A stretch of DNA of 32,000 bases. Origin: Halomicronema hongdechloris C2206. GTDB lineage: Bacteria; Cyanobacteriota; Cyanobacteriia; Phormidesmidales; Phormidesmidaceae. Every line of letters begins with the position of its first letter. The stretch's first letter is position 1. The stretch spans positions 3,870,001 to 3,902,000 of the forward strand of contig NZ_CP021983.2 of the NCBI RefSeq assembly GCF_002075285.3, in the 5' to 3' direction. The notes under the pieces are model-generated. The model was not told the origin of the DNA, did no database searches, and saw only the letters and a program-made list of their open reading frames with translations. The position numbers and the translations under genes were made by a program. Below are positions 8,919 to 17,975 of this stretch, one piece after another.

Positions 8919-11582
8919 ATGAACAGGACGCTGCAAATTTACAAGACCTTTCTGCTGGGCCTATTCATCGGTTTGGCCTATGCCCTACTGGTGAGTGGCC
9001 CGCCTGATGCTGTCTTGCCAGAGTGGTTTCAGTATCGGGTGTTTATTCTCACTTTCTCTGGTGTGGTTGGCGGTATTCTCTACACCGTCATGCTGGATGG
9101 CAAGATCGAGATGCCCTATATGAGTGAGGATGGTCGAGATTTGCAAATCGGCATCCTCGGGGATATTCTGCTGGGCATTTCCGGTGCCTATCTGTTAGAT
9201 TTTGTCACTGACTACCCCAGTGACACGAGCCTCAGCAACTTCAATATTCTGTTGGCCGCCAAGGGTATTGTGGGCGGTTACGGAGCTAAGGCCTTGCTAA
9301 ATATGGCTTTAGAGAAGGTACTGAAACGCATCCATCGCATGGAGACGGTAACCCAAGAGGCAGTCCAGAAGAAGCAGGAGCTGTCTCATCAGGTTGAGGA
9401 ACTTAGCGATCAGAATCAATCTCTGACGGAGAGTGGTGAGCTCATCGATCAGGTGAATCTGCAGGTGAATGAAGGGCTGCCATCGCGCCAGCTGGCTGAC
9501 CTAAAGCAACGAATTCGCTCTGCTTCGCCGGACGTGCGGCAGCGGATCTTCGGGTTGGTGAAAGAGATGCGCAGTATGAGCTGGCGTTCCCAGGGACTGC
9601 GCAACCGCACGACTCGTACCATTCCTATTTTTGAGGCGCTGGTGGCCAGCGATGAGAGGTATCATCCCTATCACGCCCAACTCGCCTTTGCCTGCAAAGA
9701 CGCGGTCCCACCGGAATTGGACCGGGCCATTGTGGAGCTGGATCGGGCAATTGAGTTAAGGGGAGAGCAGGAGCAGGCTGCCACCTGGAAGTATGAATTG
9801 AATCGGGCCATTGCACGTATCGAAAAGGAATACAGCGAAACCGGCGGCGTCACCAGTGATCCCTCGCTGCGGGAAGCGATCCTCAAGGATCTGCTGGCGG
9901 TCACCCGCACCCATGGCCTGGCCCAGGTAATCAATCAGGCCGAGGCAGAACAGATTCCGACCCCGATCATGGAGTGGATCGTGCGCAATCAAGATTGGTT
10001 GCGATCGCACCCCGACACCCGCAACCTGATCAACGACGTGTTGCGCACGGTGCCCGGTCGTAATGCCATTGCGGCTGCTCCCAGCGGTCAGGTGAGTCCT
10101 CAGCGTGATGCCGGTAACGGTCCTAGCGTCCAGTCCGGCCCCCCTACCTCCGGCTCCACCATGAGTCCGCCGCCATCTCCGCCCTCTGATGGTGGAGTCG
10201 CCGTACAACCCAAGACGGCCAATCGCTGGGCCTTGGCCCTGGCCCAAGCCCCTACTAACGGGGCCTCAGACCGGACGGCTAGTCAAGACGGCCTCTCGGG
10301 CGGGCTCACCGCCTCCCATAAGATGGCCGAGCGCGATCTTCCTGAGGTGAAGCGCTTGGCCGAGCGCTTCCGTCAGGTGGGGGACCGCGCTGGCATTCCG
10401 CCGGCCTTGATTGCCGCCATCGCCAGCCGCGAATCTCGCTGCGGTAGAGTCTTAGACGCCAATGGCCGCGGCGACCACGGCAATGCCTTTGGCATCATGC
10501 AGGTGGATCAGCGCTATCATACCCAGGCCGGCAGTGACGGCGATCCAGCCAGCCTCGAGCACCTGAGCCAGGGGGTGGGCATTTTGGCCGATGGTCTGCG
10601 GCAGGTGGAGGCTAACCATTCTGATTGGGAAGATCCCTACATCCTCAGAGGTGCGATCGCAGCCTACAACTTCGGCGTCTCCAATGTGCGCACCAAGGCC
10701 GGCATCGATGAGGGCACTACCGGTGACGACTATAGTTCCGATGTCGTGGCCCGGGCCCAGTTCTTCATTCCCCATTTGCTGCTCACGCCGGTAACGGTCT
10801 CCGACCAGAATAACGGCCAGGCCGTCTGGTCGGTGGAGCGCATTGCCGAGACCCTGCAGACGGTAGAAGACGCCATTCCCATCGATGAGTGGGATGAGGC
10901 TATGGCCACCGCCATAAAACAGGGACTAGCCCGGCTCTACCTGTGGACTCCCGGTGCCGATCTGAAGCAGGCCTGGGCCGTCTTCAAACAGAGCATCTAC
11001 CAGAGTGATCCCGACTACATCGGCCCCGGCAGCGTGCGGTTACTGCTGGATGCCCTCGGGGTCGACCATCCGGCCGCCGAGGAATCCGTCCCCGCCGAAG
11101 ACACCCCCACCCAGACCAATCCGGACGCGGGGTCCCAGACCGGCACCTCCAAGCACCTGCCCCATTACAACCAGCTGGTCTATGAGAACGAGTACATCAT
11201 TGCCGGCGTGCCCCTGACCTGGGGTGAGTGTACCAAGGGCATGAGCCGCTGGCCTACCCAGAAGTTGGAAGTGGACAATGGCCGCCGTCTAGCCAAGGTG
11301 TTCGGCGAAGTCCGGGCCGCCTTCGGCGAGCCCCTGATTATCACCTCCGGATTCCGTCCCGAGCCCATCAATCGTCGGGTCGGCGGGGTCAGCAACAGCC
11401 AACATGTTCCCTTTAAGGCCCTGGATATTCGCCCTCTGCGCAGCGCCAATAATGAAGGCTTCGCCCGGTTGCTGCAGATCCTGCGCAATAATCCCAAGGT
11501 GGTCGGCATTGGTCGCGGCCAACGCAAGGGCTTCTTGCACATGGATATCCGGGATGGCCGCCGGGTAGAGTGGGATTATTAA
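8919..11582 (+). CDS. Membrane-anchored multidomain peptidoglycan hydrolase: 4-TM N-terminus, coiled coil, helical region, Pro-rich linker, goose-type lysozyme-like domain, M15 (Peptidase_M15_3-like) zinc peptidase domain
   Basis: Four hydrophobic helices occupy aa 8-130 and a heptad-like region aa 140-200. 'IASRESRCGRVLDANGRGDHGNAFGIMQVDQRYH' (about 10311-10772) matches the G-type lysozyme catalytic region. The C-terminal 'SGFRPEPINRRVGGVSNSQHVPFKALDIRP...GFLHMDIRDG' (about 11181-11573) carries the H-x6-D...H zinc triad of M15 peptidases. Confidence 0.8.
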   Translation: MNRTLQIYKTFLLGLFIGLAYALLVSGPPDAVLPEWFQYRVFILTFSGVVGGILYTVMLDGKIEMPYMSEDGRDLQIGILGDILLGISGAYLLDFVTDYPSDTSLSNFNILLAAKGIVGGYGAKALLNMALEKVLKRIHRMETVTQEAVQKKQELSHQVEELSDQNQSLTESGELIDQVNLQVNEGLPSRQLADLKQRIRSASPDVRQRIFGLVKEMRSMSWRSQGLRNRTTRTIPIFEALVASDERYHPYHAQLAFACKDAVPPELDRAIVELDRAIELRGEQEQAATWKYELNRAIARIEKEYSETGGVTSDPSLREAILKDLLAVTRTHGLAQVINQAEAEQIPTPIMEWIVRNQDWLRSHPDTRNLINDVLRTVPGRNAIAAAPSGQVSPQRDAGNGPSVQSGPPTSGSTMSPPPSPPSDGGVAVQPKTANRWALALAQAPTNGASDRTASQDGLSGGLTASHKMAERDLPEVKRLAERFRQVGDRAGIPPALIAAIASRESRCGRVLDANGRGDHGNAFGIMQVDQRYHTQAGSDGDPASLEHLSQGVGILADGLRQVEANHSDWEDPYILRGAIAAYNFGVSNVRTKAGIDEGTTGDDYSSDVVARAQFFIPHLLLTPVTVSDQNNGQAVWSVERIAETLQTVEDAIPIDEWDEAMATAIKQGLARLYLWTPGADLKQAWAVFKQSIYQSDPDYIGPGSVRLLLDALGVDHPAAEESVPAEDTPTQTNPDAGSQTGTSKHLPHYNQLVYENEYIIAGVPLTWGECTKGMSRWPTQKLEVDNGRRLAKVFGEVRAAFGEPLIITSGFRPEPINRRVGGVSNSQHVPFKALDIRPLRSANNEGFARLLQILRNNPKVVGIGRGQRKGFLHMDIRDGRRVEWDY

Positions 11583-11656
11583 GCCAAGACCATGCAGAGA
11601 CCGGGGCATCCGCAGTACCATAGGAGACTGCATCGCTGTTGTTTGCCGTAGACTCC

Positions 11657-13063
11657 ATGACTGCCGACGCCCCTCGCCGCTATCACATCACCACCTTCGG
11701 CTGCCAGATGAACAAGGCCGACTCTGAGCGCATGGCCGGGATTCTCGATGCCATGGGGCTGCAATGGTGTGAGGATCCCCTGCAAGCCGATGTGGTTCTC
11801 TACAACACTTGTACCATCCGCGATAATGCCGAACAGAAGGTCTATTCCTACCTGGGACGGCAGGCCAAGCGCAAACACGAGCGCCCCGATCTGACCCTGG
11901 TGGTGGCCGGGTGTGTGGCTCAGCAAGAGGGCCAAACCCTATTGCGGCGCGTGCCGGAGCTGGATCTGATCATGGGTCCCCAGCATGCCAACCGCCTGCA
12001 GGATCTGCTGGAGCAGGTATTTGCGGGGGCTCAGGTGGTGGCCACCGAACCGGTGGACATCTTAGAAGACATTACCCAGCCGCGGCGGGATAGCACCGTC
12101 ACCGCCTGGGTGAATGTGATCTACGGCTGCAACGAGCGCTGCACCTATTGTGTGGTGCCCAATGTCAGAGGGGTGGAGCAGTCTCGCACCCCCGAGGCCA
12201 TCCGAGCCGAGATGGAGGTGTTGGGGCGTCAGGGCTATAAGGAGGTGACGCTGCTGGGGCAAAACATCGATGCCTATGGTCGCGACTTGCCCGGCACTAC
12301 CGCGGCGGGACGTCACCAACATACCCTGACCGACTTGCTCTACTACGTCCATGATGTACCCGGCATCGAGCGCATCCGCTTTGCCACCAGCCATCCCCGC
12401 TATTTCACCGAGCGCCTGATTCGGGCCTGCGCTGAGTTACCCAAGGTCTGCGAGCATTTTCACATTCCCTTTCAGTCGGGGGACAATGCGGTGCTCAAGG
12501 CCATGGCCCGGGGCTATACCCATGAAAAATATCGTCGCATCATCGCCAAGATTCGCGACTATATGCCGCAGGCGGCCATCAGCGCCGATGCCATCGTCGG
12601 GTTCCCGGGGGAAACGGAGGAACAGTTTCAAAATACCCTACAGCTGGTGGATGACATCGGCTTTGACCAGCTAAATACGGCGGCCTATTCCCCTCGCCCC
12701 GGCACCCCGGCCGCCCTGTGGGATAACCAGCTGGATGAGGAGACTAAGTCAGACCGGCTGCAACGGCTGAATCGCCTGGTGGCGACAAAAGCAGCGATGC
12801 GATCGCATCGTCACCTAGGTCGCCTCGAAGCGGTGCTAGTCGAAGATCAAAACCCCAAAGATCCCACCCAAGTCATGGGCCGCACCCGCAGCAACCGTCT
12901 CACCTTCTTTAAGGGCGACCTGCAGCAACTCAAGGGTCAGCTGGTAACGGTCAAGATCACAGAAGCCCGCGCCTTCAGCCTCACTGGCGAGCCCCTAACA
13001 GAAACCGCAGCCGCCGCCAGCCGCCAGGCCCCAGACCAGGCTGCCGCCGTAGCGATGCCCTAA
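11657..13063 (+). CDS. miaB: tRNA-2-methylthio-N6-dimethylallyladenosine synthase (radical SAM methylthiotransferase)
   Basis: '[24 protein letters not shown]', the radical-SAM motif '[13 protein letters not shown]' and a C-terminal TRAM-like end identify it. The ORF opens at a TTG at 11639, and the ATG at 11657 fits the family N-terminus better. Confidence 0.9.
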   Translation: MTADAPRRYHITTFGCQMNKADSERMAGILDAMGLQWCEDPLQADVVLYNTCTIRDNAEQKVYSYLGRQAKRKHERPDLTLVVAGCVAQQEGQTLLRRVPELDLIMGPQHANRLQDLLEQVFAGAQVVATEPVDILEDITQPRRDSTVTAWVNVIYGCNERCTYCVVPNVRGVEQSRTPEAIRAEMEVLGRQGYKEVTLLGQNIDAYGRDLPGTTAAGRHQHTLTDLLYYVHDVPGIERIRFATSHPRYFTERLIRACAELPKVCEHFHIPFQSGDNAVLKAMARGYTHEKYRRIIAKIRDYMPQAAISADAIVGFPGETEEQFQNTLQLVDDIGFDQLNTAAYSPRPGTPAALWDNQLDEETKSDRLQRLNRLVATKAAMRSHRHLGRLEAVLVEDQNPKDPTQVMGRTRSNRLTFFKGDLQQLKGQLVTVKITEARAFSLTGEPLTETAAAASRQAPDQAAAVAMP

Positions 13064-14166
13064 TCCGCTACTCCCCAAAACTCCAAGAGCGCTTGGGCTC
13101 GCTCGGCCCCCTCATCATTTCCCTGGGCTCGATATAAATCTTGAGCCTGGCGTACCTGGGAAGCCGCCTGCCCCCGAGCCCCCTGCCCCCATAGGGCCAA
13201 CCCCAGATTGTAATGGGCCCCCGGATTCTCAGGCAGGGCTGCCACCAGGCGACGATAGGACAGTACGGCTTGCAGGTATTCCTGCCGCTCCAGCAGCATC
13301 TTCCCCAGAGCCGCATGGGCCGGAATTAAGTCGGGATCAAACTCAACTGCCCGCCGATAATGGCTCAGCGCTGCTTCACGATTCCCCTGTTGCTCTAGCA
13401 ACTCCCCCATGCGAAATTGAGCCACGGCATTATTGGGATCGACTTCCACGGCCCGGCGCACATGGTTTAGCACCTGTTGCTCATCGCCCAGATGGTCGTA
13501 AACATCCGCCAAACTCAGGTAAACAATACTGTTATTAGGGGCAAGACGCTGGGCTTGCTGCAAGAATCTCAGGGCTTCCTCGAAGTTTTCTTGCTTAATG
13601 TGCAGGGTGCCTAATGCTTCGTAGACTTTGACGTTGCCGGGGGCGATGTCAGCCAACTGCTCATATACCGTCGTCGCTTCCCGATAGTTCTCCATCTCCA
13701 ATAACACACCGCCCAACCCCAAATAGGCATTCACCTCATTGGGGGCCATCTCGATCATCTCCCGGTAAACATCCGCTGCCGCCTGGTAGCGTTCGGCTTC
13801 GAACAAGCTGTGAGCCAACGCATAGCGAAAGGGGCGATTATCCGGAGCCAGATCGATGGCCTGACGGTAGGCTTGGGCTGCTGCCTCGAAGTTGCCCTGC
13901 TGCAGCTGCAGATAACCAATGCCAGAGAAAATACGGGCATTTTCCCGATCGATGCGGGCCGCCTGCTGATAGTAGTCGATGGCCCGGGCATAGTCTTGCG
14001 CCTCCACCCGTTCTTGACCCTGGCGCAGTAGCTCATCCACCTGTTCCTGCTGGGCCTCACTGAGGGAGGCTGTCTGCCCTTGGGCCAAATAGTCTGCAGT
14101 CACTATCCTGGCCGTTACCCCAGAGACGGTCTCGGTTAGCTCTCGGGCCTCGACCCCCGGAGGCAA
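13060..14166 (-). CDS. Tetratricopeptide (TPR) repeat protein
   Basis: The 368-aa ORF has about nine 34-aa TPR units ('A..Y..AI.L.P.N..AY..LG'). The only in-frame start is a TTG at 14166 or a later GTG. The stop overlaps the miaB stop, since the genes are convergent. Confidence 0.8.
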   Translation of the reverse strand: MPPGVEARELTETVSGVTARIVTADYLAQGQTASLSEAQQEQVDELLRQGQERVEAQDYARAIDYYQQAARIDRENARIFSGIGYLQLQQGNFEAAAQAYRQAIDLAPDNRPFRYALAHSLFEAERYQAAADVYREMIEMAPNEVNAYLGLGGVLLEMENYREATTVYEQLADIAPGNVKVYEALGTLHIKQENFEEALRFLQQAQRLAPNNSIVYLSLADVYDHLGDEQQVLNHVRRAVEVDPNNAVAQFRMGELLEQQGNREAALSHYRRAVEFDPDLIPAHAALGKMLLERQEYLQAVLSYRRLVAALPENPGAHYNLGLALWGQGARGQAASQVRQAQDLYRAQGNDEGAERAQALLEFWGVAD

Positions 14167-14313
14167 GCCCTAGGGTTAAGCCCAAGACACTCACGGCAAC
14201 TGCGTGGTGAAGATGGTGAGTCACGATGGAACCTCCGGGTGCGGTCGAGATAGGAAGGCTGACGCAGGCGATAGTGCTTTAGCTTCCTATTGTTAAGTTA
14301 TGTGTTAACGATT

Positions 14314-15234
14314 CTACCAATAACTGTTCGTTGCCATCAGTAGCCAGACGCCTCGCTGCGTCTGATGACCCCCTAGTTCAGCATTTATTGGCAAAGAGGG
14401 CGGGTAGCGCTCGGGACACACCCGCTGGGGTTGATAAATCTCAGCCTGCCAGCCATAGGCGGCCAATAGCGGCCGGGGATCGTCACAGCCCCAGCGCCAA
14501 TGGCGAATCACCCGCCCCCGATCCTGGTGTCGAGCTCGGCCAGCTGCGGCCAGCGATCCCAGGGTGACTTCATCCAGGCCCAGCTGGCTCTCAGGGGCAC
14601 TCAGGTCTGATATGGCCTGTAATACCGCCTGCAGAGAGGACTCTGGCAGGTACATGGCTACCCCTTCCAGCAGCCATAGGGTAGGTCGCTCCCGCTGGTA
14701 CCCTGCTCGTATCAGCGAGGTGATCCAGTGGCTGGCGGATTCCTCCAGATCGGCATCAATCAGGTGGTGGTCACAGGCGGGCGGCACCGGCCGCAGCATG
14801 GCAGTCTTGTAATTCAGCACCAGGGCATGATCTACCTCATAGAGCTGAGTACCAGCGGGCCAGGTGAGTCGCTAGGCCCTGGTATCGAGACCCGCCCCCA
14901 GAATCACCACCTGGGGAGTACGGCCCTGATGGCAGCTAGCCTGCAGCCAGGCATCAAAGAAATAGGTGCGGATAGCCACATAGCGAGTTCGCTTGCGGAT
15001 AACCTCTGACAGGGGCCGTTGTTGTCGCTGGGCAGTGGCTTGCCATTGAGTCAGCAGGGCGTCGACCTCATGGCCGGCCAGACAAGTGGCATAGGGATCC
15101 TGAAATAGAGCAGGCTGGTGGGTTTGCTCAAAGATGCGCTTAGCCGCCACAATGCGAGCGGTGTAGGGAACGGGAGTGTGCGGCAGTAGGGACACAGCAG
15201 AGCAACGAAGTGTCAAATCAATAGAGGGGGACAC
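14314..15234 (-). pseudogene. SAM-dependent (Leu carboxyl/O-methyltransferase-like) methyltransferase interrupted by one in-frame TAG
   Basis: Track ORFs 14872..15234 and 14314..14820 share a frame. Read through, the junction gives '[34 protein letters not shown]'. The TAG at 14872-14874 sits where this family has Tyr ('[11 protein letters not shown]'). Confidence 0.75.
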
Positions 15235-15438
15235 TATCTCATGGTTGCCCTAGTTTAATTGTCTTGGCAATCATCTATGGTCGGCGCTTTAATGGCCCTT
15301 AGAGCAACTCCCCTGGGTCTCCCATGGCGGAACAGACTATCCTGGCTGCCTTGACTCCTAGCTTGCCAGCCCTCAGCTGACGAGTCAGCCCCTTGGGCTC
15401 GAGGCTCCAGTGTCAACGACATCCATTCCATTCGGCCC

Positions 15439-15894
15439 ATGTCCGCCAGCGAACGCCTGCAGTTGATTCAAACCTTGAACCAACTGCCTGCCAGTCAATT
15501 TGAGGAACTCGTCATCGCCCTCAATCCGCCCGCGGGGATCTTGCCGCCTAATGTCGCTGCCCAAGGGCCGCGCCTCAGAGCTACTACACTGGGCCGAGGG
15601 ACCGACGGACCCCAATTGCCCCAATTGCAAGCCATTTTGCAGCAGCTGTTGCCGGCTGATCAGTCGTTTCTAGATGGCGACAATCCGACCCGGCGTCGAT
15701 GCCGTCCACCGGGCAGCTGTCTGTCTCAAGCGACGCTTTTACGAGCGCCAAAAGCTCAGTTAGAGGCGGCCCTGGCGGCGGTTGAGGCAGATTTAGAGAC
15801 GGCACCGCGGCAAGTCGATCGCCTGCGTCTGGAAAAGGAGGCTGAACAGCTGTTGGACAAGATAGAGGCGCTGGATAATACCCTCAATGGCTAG
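15439..15894 (+). CDS. Small adaptor-like protein: N-terminal helical module (effector-associated-domain-like) plus C-terminal coiled coil
   Basis: The N-terminal 'ERLQLIQTLNQLPASQFEELVIALNPPAGILPPNVAAQG' parallels the C-terminus of the TIR protein (24589-24810). The C-terminal 'QLEAALAAVEADLETAPRQVDRLRLEKEAEQLLDKIEALD' parallels the N-terminus of the next gene. It contains an out-of-frame stretch (see findings). Confidence 0.6.
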   Translation: MSASERLQLIQTLNQLPASQFEELVIALNPPAGILPPNVAAQGPRLRATTLGRGTDGPQLPQLQAILQQLLPADQSFLDGDNPTRRRCRPPGSCLSQATLLRAPKAQLEAALAAVEADLETAPRQVDRLRLEKEAEQLLDKIEALDNTLNG

Positions 15895-15966
15895 GAGCAT
15901 ACACAGCACTGGTTAAGGGACTATGATGCAGCTCAATAGTCTAGGGACTCAGATTAACGCTCAATA

Positions 15967-16998
15967 GTGGTAGATCAGAAACAGCGACGACGAGACTTCT
16001 ACACTAAACAGCTGGCCCAGCTAGAGGAAGAACTGGCTGCGGTGGAGTCTGATCTGGAGACGGCGGCTGGGGAGCGGGAGCGATTACGGCTGACGAAAGC
16101 CGCTGAGAGACTACTGGATCAGATCGATGAGCTAGAGGATAAGTTAGCTGCCTGTGATGCTGAGGCATCGGAGCCGGGGATACGCGATCGCAACTTCGAG
16201 AAGGCCCTGCAAAAAATCAACTTCACCCAAGCCAAAGACACCGCCGCCCGCCTCCGCCAGAAGCTTAACCAGCAGGGGGGAGTCGCGCTATTCTTCCTGC
16301 AGGGCAGCAAGCTGCAGATGGGCCACTTCTGCCTAGAAGAGGTGTTGCAGGTGATCTTGAGAGATCACATGATCGATGGTCAGGTGGTCGGAGCCTACCG
16401 CCGCATCTGCGTAGATCTCAACTCCACCATCTCCCAACTCAATGAAACCGAGTTTTTGATGCGGCTGGCCAGCTATTTCAATCTCGACCTAGCTGCCTCG
16501 TCAGACGACAACCTTTTATGCGAACAGATTCACGCCCAGATTCGCACCTCCATTGGCACTGGCACTACCCTTTTTCTAGAGATCAAGAGTCTAGATGAGC
16601 TGCTGGAGCGAGAAACGTTCCTAAAATGGTTTATCCAAGATTTCTGGCAGCCCCTGAGCGAGGAGGTTGCCGTGGCCTCCCAAGACGTCAAGAGCAAATT
16701 CATCGTGGCCCTGATCGCCGACAGCCAAATCCTATCCGACCATACCTCCCCCCAGTATCCCCAAGACGTTTTCTGCCAGGGAGACCGCCTCGACAGCGAC
16801 AAGATCATCAACCTGCCCCTACCCAACTGGTCCGTTGACGACATTCAGACCTGGCTAGTCCGATTTCACCCCCTGTTGCCAAAGCTGCAGCAACAGCAAA
16901 AGACCGCCCTAACCCGAATGGCCAAGCAGATCCACAGAAACAGCGGCAACGGCATTCCCCAGAGCGTGTGCATTAACCTCCAGGAGCTATTTCAATGA
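15967..16998 (+). CDS. Coiled coil plus STAND-like domain with a degenerate P-loop (iSTAND-like); function unknown
   Basis: The 343-aa ORF starts at a GTG directly after a TAA. Its N-terminal coiled coil, 'QLAQLEEELAAVESDLETAAGERERLRLTKAAERLLDQIDELEDKL', is followed by 'GGVALFFLQGSKLQMGHFCLEEVL'. That sits where NTPases have GxxxxGK[ST], but there is no Lys-Ser/Thr. The stop overlaps the MoxR ATG (ATGA at 16995-16998). Confidence 0.6.
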   Translation: MVDQKQRRRDFYTKQLAQLEEELAAVESDLETAAGERERLRLTKAAERLLDQIDELEDKLAACDAEASEPGIRDRNFEKALQKINFTQAKDTAARLRQKLNQQGGVALFFLQGSKLQMGHFCLEEVLQVILRDHMIDGQVVGAYRRICVDLNSTISQLNETEFLMRLASYFNLDLAASSDDNLLCEQIHAQIRTSIGTGTTLFLEIKSLDELLERETFLKWFIQDFWQPLSEEVAVASQDVKSKFIVALIADSQILSDHTSPQYPQDVFCQGDRLDSDKIINLPLPNWSVDDIQTWLVRFHPLLPKLQQQQKTALTRMAKQIHRNSGNGIPQSVCINLQELFQ

Positions 16999-17975
16999 CT
17001 GCAGCCGAGCGCCTGACATTCCACGGGGATGGACGTGCCCCCACCGCTCCCCATCCGGACTCTCCAGAGGTACCGGAACCCTATCTGGTGTCTCAGCCCC
17101 TGCAGAAAGCCGTCAATCTGGCCATCTTCCTGAGACGCCCCCTCTTGCTGGAAGGAGATGCCGGCTGTGGCAAGACCCGTCTGGCCTACAGCGTGGCCTA
17201 CGAACTGGGGCTGCCCCTCTACCGCTGGGACGTGCGCTCTAGTACCAAGGCCCAGGATGGGCTGTATGAGTACGACGCGATTCTGCGGCTCCACGATGTG
17301 GAAGTGCAGAAAGTCCAGGGCGCCCACCCTGCCACCCTTGATAACCCCCCAGACGAGGACGCGATCTCCCCGGAGCGTCGCCACCCCGGCAATCCCAAAC
17401 ACTATCGCCGGTTCGGCCCCTTGGGCAACGCCTTTCGCCTGCGAGATCGCCCCGCTGTCGTCTTGATTGACGAGATCGACAAGGCCGATCTGGACTTTCC
17501 CAACGATTTGCTGACGGTGTTAGATGACCCCTGGCAATTCACCATCCGCGAGACTGGCGAAACCATTACGGCTCACCCAGAGCACAAGCCCATCGTCATC
17601 ATCACCAGCAATAAGGAGAAGGGCAACCTACCGGCCCCCTTTCTGCGGCGCTGCCTATATCGGTATCTAGACTTTCCCGATAGCCCCGAACAACTGCAGG
17701 AAATCGTGCGGCGCCACTATCAACATCGCCAGCAGACGACCCCGGCAGACCCGTTGGTGACGGCCGCCGCCGATAAATTTCTCAGTCAGCGGCGGCAGCG
17801 CAACTGGTTTAAGCCCCCCGGCACCAGTGAATTTCTAGATTGGCTAAAAGCCTTGCACCAATTTGAGGCCAAGCCCTATAGCGTGGCCCAACTGCAGCAG
17901 GATACAATTTTGCCCTATCGAGAAGTGCTGTTTAAGCGCCAAGATGATTGGCGTAACTCGACCCAGGCATCATGA
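16995..17975 (+). CDS. MoxR-like AAA+ ATPase
   Basis: It has Walker A 'GDAGCGKT' (17154-17177), Walker B 'VVLIDEIDKAD', sensor-1 'IVIITSN' and 'PAPFLRRC'. The size of 326 aa and the downstream vWA partner are typical of MoxR. Confidence 0.88.
   Translation: MTAAERLTFHGDGRAPTAPHPDSPEVPEPYLVSQPLQKAVNLAIFLRRPLLLEGDAGCGKTRLAYSVAYELGLPLYRWDVRSSTKAQDGLYEYDAILRLHDVEVQKVQGAHPATLDNPPDEDAISPERRHPGNPKHYRRFGPLGNAFRLRDRPAVVLIDEIDKADLDFPNDLLTVLDDPWQFTIRETGETITAHPEHKPIVIITSNKEKGNLPAPFLRRCLYRYLDFPDSPEQLQEIVRRHYQHRQQTTPADPLVTAAADKFLSQRRQRNWFKPPGTSEFLDWLKALHQFEAKPYSVAQLQQDTILPYREVLFKRQDDWRNSTQAS

Noticed and set aside
15892-15969. Stop-codon read-through or a single frameshift fusing genes 1 and 2 of the MoxR-vWA operon into one protein.
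   Set aside because: Three in-frame stops lie within the 72-nt spacer, and the coiled-coil segment would be duplicated in the fusion. I treat them as two ORFs.
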